Shown piece after piece: positions 42,325-53,600 of a DNA stretch of 64,000 bases (position 1 is its first letter; every line of letters begins with the position of its first letter). A program made the translations under genes and the position numbers. The DNA comes from Eledone cirrhosa (taxonomy: Eukaryota). The notes beneath the pieces were generated by a model that was not told the DNA's origin, made no database searches, and was given only the letters and a program-made list of their open reading frames with translations. The stretch covers positions 59,706,001 to 59,770,000 of the forward strand of contig OZ024745.1 of the NCBI GenBank assembly GCA_964016885.1. The letters run 5' to 3'.

Positions 42325-42742
42325 GACTTGGAGTGTAAACTGCGACTTGGAGTGTAAACTGCGACTTGGAGTGTAATGTACAACTTGGAGCATAATGTAC
42401 AACTTGGAGCATAATGTACGACTTGGCGCATAATGTACGACTTAGAGTGTAATGTAGGACTTAGAGTGTAATGTAGGACTTAGAGTGTAATGTAGGACTT
42501 AGAGTGTAATGTAGGACTAGGAGCATAATGTAGGACTAGGAGCATAATGTACGACTTGGAGTGTAATGTAGGACTTGGAGTGTAATGTAGGACTTGGAGT
42601 GTAAACTGCGAGTTGAAATATAAATTGCGACTTGGATTGTAAATCTTGACTTGCAGTGTATTGAACAACTTGGGGTGTATACTGCGGCTTGGAGTGTAAA
42701 CTGCGGCTCCGAATATAAACTACGACTTGCAGTGTCATATAT
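42325..42742. repeat. Diverged-monomer island 1 (type A), 22 x 19-bp units
   Basis: Units include GACTTGGAGTGTAAACTGC, AACTTGGAGCATAATGTAC, GACTTAGAGTGTAATGTAG (x4), GACTAGGAGCATAATGTAG, GAGTTGAAATATAAATTGC, GGCTCCGAATATAAACTAC and GACTTGCAGTGTCATATAT. All are 19 bp. Confidence 0.95.
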
Positions 42743-44755
42743 GACTCTGAGTGAAAACCTCGACTTGGAGTGAAAACCTCGACTTGGAGTGAGAACCTCG
42801 ATTGGAGTGAGAACCTCGACTTGGAGTGAAAACCTCGACTTGGAGTGAGAACCTCGACTTGGAGTGAAAACCTCGACTTGGAGTGAAAACCTCGACTTGG
42901 AGTGAGAACCTCGACTTGGAGTGAGAACCTCGACTTGGAGTGAGAACCTCGACTTGGAGTGAGAACCTCGACTTGGAGTGAGAACCTCGACTTGGAGTGA
43001 GAACCTCGACTTGGAGTAAGAACCTCGACTTGGAGTGAAAACCTCGACTTGGAGTGAGAACCTCGACTTGGAGTGAAAACCTCGACTTGGAGTGAAAACC
43101 TCGACTTGGAGTGAGAACCTCGACTTGGAGTGAAAACCTCGACTTGGAGTGAAAACCTCGACTTGGAGTGAAAACCTCGACTTGGAGTGAAAACCTCGAC
43201 TTGGAGTGAGAACCTCGACTTGGAGTGAGAACCTCGACTTGGAGTGAAAACCTCGACTTGGAGTGAGAACCTCGACTTGGAGTGAAAACCTCGAGTTGGA
43301 GTGAGAACCTCGACTTGGAGTGAGAACCTCGACTTGGAGTGAAAACCTCGACTTGGAGTGAGAACCTCGACTTGGAGTGAGAACCTCGACTTGGAGTGAG
43401 AACCTCGACTTGGAGTGAAAACCTCGACTTGGAGTGAAAACCTCGACTTGGAGTGAAAACCTCGACTTGGATTGAGAACCTCGACTTGGAGTGAAAACCT
43501 CGACTTGGAGTGAGAACCTCGACTTGGAGTGAGAACCTCGACTCGGAGTGAGAACCTCGATTTGGAGTGAAAACCTCGACTTGGAGTCAGAACCTCGACT
43601 TGGAGTCAGAACCTCGACTTGGAGTCAGAACCTCGACTTGGAGTCAGAACCTCGACTTGGAGTGAAAACCTCGACTTGGAGTGAAAACCTCGACTTGGAG
43701 TGAGAAACTCGACTTGGAGTGAGAACCTCGACTTGGAGTGAGAACCTCGACTTGGAGTGAAAACCTCGACTTGGAGTGAGAACCTCGACTTGGAGTGAAA
43801 ACCTCGACTTGGAGTGAGAACCTCGACTTGGAGTGAGAACCTCGACTTGGAGTGAGAACCTCGACTTGGAGTGAGAACCTCGACTTGGAGTGAAAACCTC
43901 GACTTGGAGTGAGAACCTCGACTTGGAGTGAAAACCTCGACTTGGAGTGAAAACCTCGACTTGGAGTGAGAACCTCGACTTGGAGTGAAAACCTCGACTT
44001 GGAGTGAGAACCTCGACTTGGAGTGAGAACCTCGACTTGGAGTGAAAACCTCGACTTGGAGTGAAAACCTCGACTTGGAATGAAAACCTCGACTTGGAGT
44101 GAGAACCTCGACTTGGGGTGAGAACCTCGACTTGGAGTGAGAACCTCGACTTGGAGTGAGAACCTCGACTTGGAGTGAGAACCTCGACTTGGAGTGAGAA
44201 CCTCGACTTGGAGTGTAAACTGCGACTCTGAGTGAAAACCTCGACTTGGAGTGAGAACCTCGACTTGGAGTGAAAACCTCGACTTGGAGTGAGATCCTCG
44301 ACTTGGAGTGAGAACCTCGACTTGGAGTGAAAACCTCGACTTGGAGTGAAAACCTCGACTTGGAGTGAGAACCTCGACTTGGAGTGAAAACCTCGACTTG
44401 GAGTGAAAACCTCGACTTGGAGTGAGAACCTCGACTTGGAGTGAGAACCTCGACTTGGAGTGAGAACCTCGACTTGGAGTGAAAACCTCGACTTGGAGTC
44501 AGAACCTTGACTTGGAGTCAGAACCTCGACTTGGAGTCAGAACCTCGACTTGGAGTGAAAACCTCGACTTGGAGTGAAAACCTCGACTTGGAGTGAGAAG
44601 CTCGACTTGGAGTGAGAACCTCGACTTGGAGTGAAAACCTCGACTTGGAGTGAGAACCTCTACTTGGAGTGAAAACCTCGACTTGGAGTGTAAACTGCGA
44701 CTTGGAGTGAGAACCTCGACTTGGAGTGAAAACCTCGACTTGGAGTGAAAACCTC

Positions 44756-45154
44756 GACTTGGAGTGTAATGTACAACTTGGAGCATAATGTACAACTTGG
44801 AGCATAATGTACGACTTGGAGCATAATGTACGACTTAGAGTGTAATGTAGGACTTAGAGTGTAATGTAGGACTTAGAGTGTAATGTAGGACTTAGAGTGT
44901 AATGTAGGACTTAGAGTGTAATGTAGGACTAGGAGCATAATGTAGGACTAGGAGCATAATGTACGACTTGGAGTGTAATGTAGGACTTGGAGTGTAATGT
45001 AGGACTTGGAGTGTAAACTGCGAGTTGAAATATAAATTGCGACTTGGATAGTAAACCTTGACTTGCAGTGTATTGAACAACTTGGGGTGTATACTGCGGC
45101 TTGGAGTGTAAACTGCGGCTCCGAATATAAACTACGACTTGCAGTGTCATATAT
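44756..45154. repeat. Diverged-monomer island 2 (type B), 21 x 19-bp units
   Basis: Same unit series as island 1, but with GACTTGGAGCATAATGTAC and GACTTGGATAGTAAACCTT, five GACTTAGAG units, and no adjacent leading TAAACTGC pair. Confidence 0.95.
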
Positions 45155-46465
45155 GACTCTGAGTGAAAACCTCGACTTGGAGTGAAAACCTCGACTTGGA
45201 GTGAGAACCTCGACTTGGAGTGAGAACCTCGACTTGGAGTGAGAACCTCGACTCGGAGTGAGAACCTCGATTTGGAGTGAAAACCTCGACTTGGAGTCAG
45301 AACCTCGACTTGGAGTCAGAACCTCGACTTGGAGTCAGAACCTCGACTTGGAGTCAGAACCTCGACTTGGAGTGAAAACCTCGACTTGGAGTGAAAACCT
45401 CGACTTGGAGTGAGAAACTCGACTTGGAGTGAGAACCTCGACTTGGAGTGAGAACCTCGACTTGGAGTGAAAACCTCGACTTGGAGTGAGAACCTCGACT
45501 TGGAGTGAAAACCTCGACTTGGAGTGAGAACCTCGACTTGGAGTGAGAACCTCGACTTGGAGTGAGAACCTCGACTTGGAGTGAGAACCTCGACTTGGAG
45601 TGAAAACCTCGACTTGGAGTGAGAACCTCGACTTGGAGTGAAAACCTCGACTTGGAGTGAAAACCTCGACTTGGAGTGAGAACCTCGACTTGGAGTGAAA
45701 ACCTCGACTTGGAGTGAGAACCTCGACTTGGAGTGAGAACCTCGACTTGGAGTGAAAACCTCGACTTGGAGTGAAAACCTCGACTTGGAATGAAAACCTC
45801 GACTTGGAGTGAGAACCTCGACTTGGGGTGAGAACCTCGACTTGGAGTGAGAACCTCGACTTGGAGTGAGAACCTCGACTTGGAGTGAGAACCTCGACTT
45901 GGAGTGAGAACCTCGACTTGGAGTGTAAACTGCGACTCTGAGTGAAAACCTCGACTTGGAGTGAGAACCTCGACTTGGAGTGAAAACCTCGACTTGGAGT
46001 GAGAACCTCGACTTGGAGTGAGAACCTCGACTTGGAGTGAAAACCTCGACTTGGAGTGAAAACCTCGACTTGGAGTGAGAACCTCGACTTGGAGTGAAAA
46101 CCTCGACTTGGAGTGAAAACCTCGACTTGGAGTGAGAACCTCGACTTGGAGTGAGAACCTCGACTTGGAGTGAGAACCTCGACTTGGAGTGAAAACCTCG
46201 ACTTGGAGTCAGAACCTTGACTTGGAGTCAGAACCTCGACTTGGAGTCAGAACCTCGACTTGGAGTGAAAACCTCGACTTGGAGTGAAAACCTCGACTTG
46301 GAGTGAGAAGCTCGACTTGGAGTGAGAACCTCGACTTGGAGTGAAAACCTCGACTTGGAGTGAGAACCTCTACTTGGAGTGAAAACCTCGACTTGGAGTG
46401 TAAACTGCGACTTGGAGTGAGAACCTCGACTTGGAGTGAAAACCTCGACTTGGAGTGAAAACCTC

Positions 46466-46864
46466 GACTTGGAGTGTAATGTACAACTTGGAGCATAATG
46501 TACAACTTGGAGCATAATGTACGACTTGGAGCATAATGTACGACTTAGAGTGTAATGTAGGACTTAGAGTGTAATGTAGGACTTAGAGTGTAATGTAGGA
46601 CTTAGAGTGTAATGTAGGACTTAGAGTGTAATGTAGGACTAGGAGCATAATGTAGGACTAGGAGCATAATGTACGACTTGGAGTGTAATGTAGGACTTGG
46701 AGTGTAATGTAGGACTTGGAGTGTAAACTGCGAGTTGAAATATAAATTGCGACTTGGATAGTAAACCTTGACTTGCAGTGTATTGAACAACTTGGGGTGT
46801 ATACTGCGGCTTGGAGTGTAAACTGCGGCTCCGAATATAAACTACGACTTGCAGTGTCATATAT
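46466..46864. repeat. Diverged-monomer island 3 (type B), copy of island 2
   Basis: Appears identical to island 2 at +1710 bp. The ORF-track translations are identical (44892/46602, 44929/46639). Confidence 0.95.
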
Positions 46865-49800
46865 GACTCTGAGTGAAAACCTCGACTTGGAGTGAAAACC
46901 TCGACTTGGAGTGAGAACCTCGACTTGGAGTGAGAACCTCGACTTGGAGTGAAAACCTCGACTTGGAGTGAAAACCTCGACTTGGAGTGAAAACCTCGAC
47001 TTGGAGTGAAAACCTCGACTTGGAGTGAGAACCTCGACTTGGAGTGAGAACCTCGACTTGGAGTGAGAACCTCGACTTGGAGTGAAAACCTCGACTTGCA
47101 GTGAAAACCTCGACTTGCAGTGAGAACCTCGACTTGGAGTGAGAACCTCGACTTGGAGTGAAAACCTCGACTTGGAGTGAAAACCTCGACTTGGAGTGAG
47201 GACCTCGACTTGGAGTGAAAACCTCGACTTGGAGTGAAAACCTCGACTTGGAGTGAAAACCTCGACTTGGAGTGAAAACCTCGACTTGGAGTGAGAACCT
47301 CGACTTGGAGTGAAAACCTCGACTTGGAGTGAGAACCTCGACTTGGAGTGAGAACCTCGACTTGGAGTGAAAACCTCGACTTGGAGTGAGAACCTCGACT
47401 TGGAGTGAGAACGTCGACTTGGAGTGAGAACCTCGACTTGGAGTGAAAACCTCGACTTGGAGGGAGAACCTCGCCTTGGAGTGAAAACCTCGACTTTGAG
47501 TGAGAACCTCGATTGGAGTGAAAACCTCGACTTGGAGTGAAAACCTCGACTTGGAGTGAGAACCTCGACTTGGAGTGAAAACCTCGACTTGGAGTGAGAA
47601 CCTCGACTTGGAGTGAAAACCTCGACTTGGAGTGAAAACCTCGACATGGAGTGAAAACCTCGACTTGGAGTGAAAACCTCGACTTGGAGTGAAAACCTCG
47701 ACTTGGAGTGAGAACCTCGACTTGGAGTGAAAACCTCGACTTGGAGTGAGAACCTCGCCTTGGAGTGAAAACCTCGACTTGGAGTGAAAACCTCGACTTG
47801 GAGTGAGAACCTCGACTTGGAGTGAAAACCTCGACTTGGAGTGAAAACCTCGACTTGGAGTGAGAACCTCGACTTGGAGTGAGAACCTCGACTTGGAGTG
47901 AAAACCTCGACTTGGAGTGAGAACCTCGACTTGGAGTGAAAACCTCGACTTGGAGTGAGAACCTCGACTTGGAGTGAAAACCTCGACTTGGAGTGAGAAC
48001 CTCGACTTGGAGTGAAAACCTCGACTTGGAGTGAAAACCTCGACTTGGAGTGAGAACCTCGACTTGGAGTGAAAACCTCGACTTGGAGTGAGAACCTCGC
48101 CTTGGAGTGAGAACCTCGCCTTGGAGTGAAAACCTCGACTTGGAGTGAGAACCTCGACTTGGAGTGAGAACCTCGATTTGGAGTGAGAACCTCGACTTGG
48201 AGTGAAAACCTCGACTTGGAGTGAAAACCTCGATTTGGAGTGAAAACCTAGACTTGGAGTGAAAACCTCGATTTGGAGTGAAAACCTCGACTTGGAGTGA
48301 GAACCTCGACTTGGAGTGAGAACCTCGACTTGGAGTGAAAACCTCGACTTGGAGTGAGAACCTCGACTTGGAGTGCGAACCTCGACTTGGAGTGAGAACC
48401 TCGACTTGGAGTGAAAACCTCGACTTGGAGTGAGAACCTCGACTTGGAGTGAAAACCTCGACTTGGAGTGAGAACCTCGCCTTGGAGTGAAAACCTCGAC
48501 TTGGAGTGAAAACCTCGACTTGGAGTGAGAACCTCGACTTGGAGTGAAAACCTCGACTTGGAGTGAGAACCTCGACCTGGAGTGAAAACCTCGACTTGGA
48601 GTGAGAACCTCGACTTGGAGTGAGAACCTCGACTTGGAGTGAAAACCTCGACTTGGAGTGAAAACCTCGACTTGGAGTGAAAACCTCGACTTGGAGTGAG
48701 AACCTCGATTTGGAGTGAGAACCTCGACTTGGAGTGAGAACCTCGATTTGGAGTGAGAACCTCGACTTGGAGTGAGAACCTCGACTTGGAGTGAAAACCT
48801 CGACTTGGAGTGAGAACCTCGACTTGGAGTGAGAACCTCGACTTGGAGTGAGAACCTCGATTTGGAGTGAAAACCTCGACTTGGAGTGAAAACCTCGACT
48901 TGGAGTGAGAACCTCGACTTGGAGTGAAAACCTCGACTTGGAGGGAGAACCTCGCCTTGGAGTGAAAACCTCGACTTTGAGTGAGAACCTCGATTGGAGT
49001 GAAAACCTCGACTTGGAGTGAAAACCTCGACTTGGAGTGAGAACCTCGACTTGGAGTGAAAACCTCGACTTGGAGTGAGAACCTCGACTTGGAGTGAAAA
49101 CCTCGACTTGGAGTGAAAACCTCGACTTGGAGTGAAAACCTCGACTTGGAGTGAAAACATCGACTTGGAGTGAGAACCTCGACTTGGAGTGAGAACCTCG
49201 ACTTGGAGTGAAAACCTCGACTTGGAGTGAGAACCTCGACTTGGAGTGAAAACCTCGACTTGGAGTGAGAACCTCGACTTGGAGTGAAAACCTCGACTTG
49301 GAGTGAAAACCTCGACTTGGAGTGAGAACCTCGACTTGGAGTGAAAACCTCGACTTGGAGTGAGAACCTCGCCTTGGAGTGAAAACCTCGACTTGGAGTG
49401 AGAACCTCGACTTGGAGTGAGAACCTCGATTTGGAGTGAGAACCTCGACTTGGAGTGAAAACCTCGACTTGGAGTGAAAACCTCGACTTGGAGTGAAAAC
49501 CTAGACTTGGAGTGAAAACCTCGATTTGGAGTGAAAACCTAGACTTGGAGTGAAAACCTCGATTTGGAGTGAAAACCTCGACTTGGAGTGAGAACCTCGA
49601 CTTGGAGTGAGAACCTCGACTTGGAGTGAAAACCTCGACTTGGAGTGAGAACCTCGACTTGGAGTGAGAACCTCGACTTGGAGTGAGAACCTCGACTTGG
49701 AGTGAAAACCTCGACTTGGAGTGAGAACCTCGACTTGGAGTGAAAACCTCGACTTGGAGTGAGAACCTCGCCTTGGAGTGAAAACCTCGACTTGGAGTGA

Positions 49801-50699
49801 AAACTTCGACTTGGAGTGAGAACCTCGACTTGGAGTGAAAACCTCGACTTGGAGTGAGAACCTCGACCTGGAGTGAAAACCTCGACTTGGAGTGAGAACC
49901 TCGACTTGGAGTGAGAACCTCGACTTGGAGTGAAAACCTCGACTTGGAGTGAAAACCTCGACTTGGAGTGAAAACCTCGACTTGGAGTGAGAACCTCGAC
50001 TTGGAGTGAGAACCTCGATTTGGAGTGAGAACCTCGACTTGGAGTGAAAACCTCGATTTGGAGTGAGAATCTCGACTTGGAGTGAAAACCTCGATTTGGA
50101 GTGAAAACCTCGACTTGGAGTGAAAACCTCGACTTGGAGTGAGAACCTCGACTTGGAGTGAGAACCTCGACTTGGAGTGAGAACCTCGACTTGGAGTGAG
50201 AACCTCGACTTGGAGTGAGAACCGCGACTTGGAGTGAAAACCTCGACTTGGAGTGAGAACCTCGACTTGGAGTGAGAACCTCGACTTGGAGTGAGAACCT
50301 CGACTTGGAGTGAAAACCTCGACTTGGAATGAAAACCTCGACTTGGAGTGAAAACCTCGACTTGGAGTGAAAACCTCGACTTGGAGTGAAAATCTCGACT
50401 TGGAGTGAGAACCTCGACTTGGAGTGAGAACCTCGACTTGGAGTGAAAACCTCGACTTGGAGTGACAACCTCGACTTGGAGTGAAAACCTCGACTTGGAG
50501 TGACAACCTCGACTTGGAGTGAAAACCTCGACTTGGAGTGAGAACCTCGACTTGGAGTGAGAACCTCGACTTGGAGTGAGAACCTCGACTTGGAGTGAGA
50601 ACCTCGACTTGGAGTGAGAACCTCGACTTGGAGTGAGAACCTCGACTTGGAGTGAAAACCTCGACTTGGAGTGAGAACCTCGACTTGGGGTGAAAACCT

Positions 50700-53600
50700 C
50701 GACTTGGAGTGAGAACCTCGACTTGGAGTGAGAACCTCGACTTGGAGTGAAAACCTCGACTTGGAGTGAGAACCTCGACTTGGAGTGAGAACCTCGACTT
50801 GGAGTGAGAACCTCGACTTGGAGTGAAAACCTCGACTTGGAGTGAGAACCTCGACTTGGAGTGAAAACCTCGACTTGGAGTGAGAACCTCGCCTTGGAGT
50901 GAAAACCTCGACTTGGAGTGAAAACTTCGACTTGGAGTGAGAACCTCGACTTGGAGTGAAAACCTCGACTTGGAGTGAGAACCTCGACCTGGAGTGAAAA
51001 CCTCGACTTGGAGTGAGAACCTCGACTTGGAGTGAGAACCTCGACTTGGAGTGAAAACCTCGACTTGGAGTGAAAACCTCGACTTGGAGTGAAAACCTCG
51101 ACTTGGAGTGAGAACCTCGACTTGGAGTGAGAACCTCGATTTGGAGTGAGAACCTCGACTTGGAGTGAAAACCTCGATTTGGAGTGAGAATCTCGACTTG
51201 GAGTGAAAACCTCGATGTGGAGTGAAAACCTCGACTTGGAGTGAAAACCTCGACTTGGAGTGAGAACCTCGACTTGGAGTGAGAACCTCGACTTGGAGTG
51301 AGAACCTCGACTTGGAGTGAGAACCTCGACTTGGAGTGAGAACCGCGACTTGGAGTTAAAACCTCGACTTGGAGTGAGAACCTCGACTTGGAGTGAAAAC
51401 CTCGACTTGGAGTGAAAACCTCGACTTGGAGTGAAAACCTCGACTTGGAGTGAAAACCTCGGCTTGGAGTGAAAACCTCGACTTGGAGTGAAAACCTCGA
51501 CTTGGAGTGAAAACCTCGACTTGGAGTGAGAACCTCGAGTTGGAGTGAGAACCTCGACTTGGAGTGAGAACCTCGACTTGGAGTGAAAACCTCGACATGG
51601 AGTGAGAACCTCGACTTGGAGTGAAAACCTCGACATGGAGTGAAAACCGCGACTTGGAGTGAGAACCTCGTCTTGGAGTGAAAACCTCGACTTGGAGTGA
51701 AAACCTCGACTTGGAGTGAGAACCTCGACTTGGAGTGAAAACCTCGACTTGGAGTGAGAACCTCGCCTTGGAGTGAAAACCTCGACTTTGAGTGAGAACC
51801 TCGATTGGAGTGAAAACCTCGACTTGGAGTGAAAACCTCGACTTGGAGTGAGAACCTCGACTTGGAGTGAAAACCTCGACTTGGAGTGAGAACCTCGACT
51901 TGGAGTGAAAACCTCGACTTGGAGTGAAAACCTCGACTTGGAGTGAAAACCTCGACTTGGAGTGAAAACCTCGACTTGGAGTGAAAACCTCGACTTGGAG
52001 TGAGAACCTCGACTTGGAGTGAAAACCTCGACTTGGAGTGAGAACCTCGACTTGGAGTGAGAACCTCGATTTGGAGTGAAAACCTCGACTTGGAGTGAAA
52101 ACCTCGACTTGGAGTGAGAACCTCGACTTGGAGTGAAAACCTCGACTTGGAGGGAGAACCTCGCCTTGGAGTGAAAACCTCGACTTTGAGTGAGAACCTC
52201 GATTGGAGTGAAAACCTCGACTTGGAGTGAAAACCTCGACTTGGAGTGAGAACCTCGACTTGGAGTGAAAACCTCGACTTGGAGTGAGAACCTCGACTTG
52301 GAGTGAAAACCTCGACTTGGAGTGAAAACCTCGACTTGGAGTGAAAACCTCGACTTGGAGTGAAAACATCGACTTGGAGTGAGAACCTCGACTTGGAGTG
52401 AGAACCTCGACTTGGAGTGAAAACCTCGACTTGGAGTGAGAACCTCGACTTGGAGTGAAAACCTCGACTTGGAGTGAGAACCTCGACTTGGAGTGAAAAC
52501 CTCGACTTGGAGTGAGAACCTCGACTTGGAGTGAAAACCTCGACTTGGAGTGAAAACCTCGACTTGGAGTGAGAACCTCGACTTGGAGTGAAAACCTCGA
52601 CTTGGAGTGAGAACCTCGCCTTGGAGTGAAAACCTCGACTTGGAGTGAGAACCTCGACTTGGAGTGAGAACCTCGATTTGGAGTGAGAACCTCGACTTGG
52701 AGTGAAAACCTCGACTTGGAGTGAAAACCTCGACTTGGAGTGAAAACCTAGACTTGGAGTGAAAACCTCGATTTGGAGTGAAAACCTAGACTTGGAGTGA
52801 AAACCTCGATTTGGAGTGAAAACCTCGACTTGGAGTGAGAACCTCGACTTGGAGTGAGAACCTCGACTTGGAGTGAAAACCTCGACTTGGAGTGAGAACC
52901 TCGACTTGGAGTGAGAACCTCGACTTGGAGTGAGAACCTCGACTTGGAGTGAAAACCTCGACTTGGAGTGAGAACCTCGACTTGGAGTGAAAACCTCGAC
53001 TTGGAGTGAGAACCTCGCCTTGGAGTGAAAACCTCGACTTGGAGTGAAAACTTCGACTTGGAGTGAGAACCTCGACTTGGAGTGAAAACCTCGACTTGGA
53101 GTGAGAACCTCGACCTGGAGTGAAAACCTCGACTTGGAGTGAGAACCTCGACTTGGAGTGAGAACCTCGACTTGGAGTGAAAACCTCGACTTGGAGTGAA
53201 AACCTCGACTTGGAGTGAAAACCTCGACTTGGAGTGAGAACCTCGACTTGGAGTGAGAACCTCGATTTGGAGTGAGAACCTCGACTTGGAGTGAAAACCT
53301 CGATTTGGAGTGAGAATCTCGACTTGGAGTGAAAACCTCGATTTGGAGTGAAAACCTGGACTTGGAGTGAAAACCTCGACTTGGAGTGAGAACCTCGACT
53401 TGGAGTGAGAACCTCGACTTGGAGTGAGAACCTCGACTTCGAGTGAGAACCTCGACTTGGAGTGAGAACCGCGACTTGGAGTGAAAACCTCGACTTGGAG
53501 TGAGAATCTCGACTTGGAGTGAGAACCTCGACTTGGAGTGAGAACCTCGACTTGGAGTGAAAACCTCGACTTGGAATGAAAACCTCGACTTGGAGTGAAA

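Larger units (their letters stand above)
43480..46930. repeat. Near-perfect tandem duplication of 1710 bp (90 monomers)
   Basis: ACTCGGAG at 43541/45251, GTCAG runs at ~43586/45296, GAGAAGCTC and the islands all sit at +1710. One visible difference: GAGATCC at ~44295 vs GAGAACC at ~46005. Confidence 0.92.

Noticed and set aside
42325-42742. CRISPR-like repeat-spacer array (constant GACTTGGAGTG plus variable 8 bp)
   Set aside because: The period is 19 bp, the variable parts are only ~8 bp, repeated and mutually related, and there is no leader or cas gene.
42600-42745. Transposon or foreign insertion in the AT-richer island tail
   Set aside because: It parses into in-register 19-bp monomers with no terminal repeats or target-site duplication.
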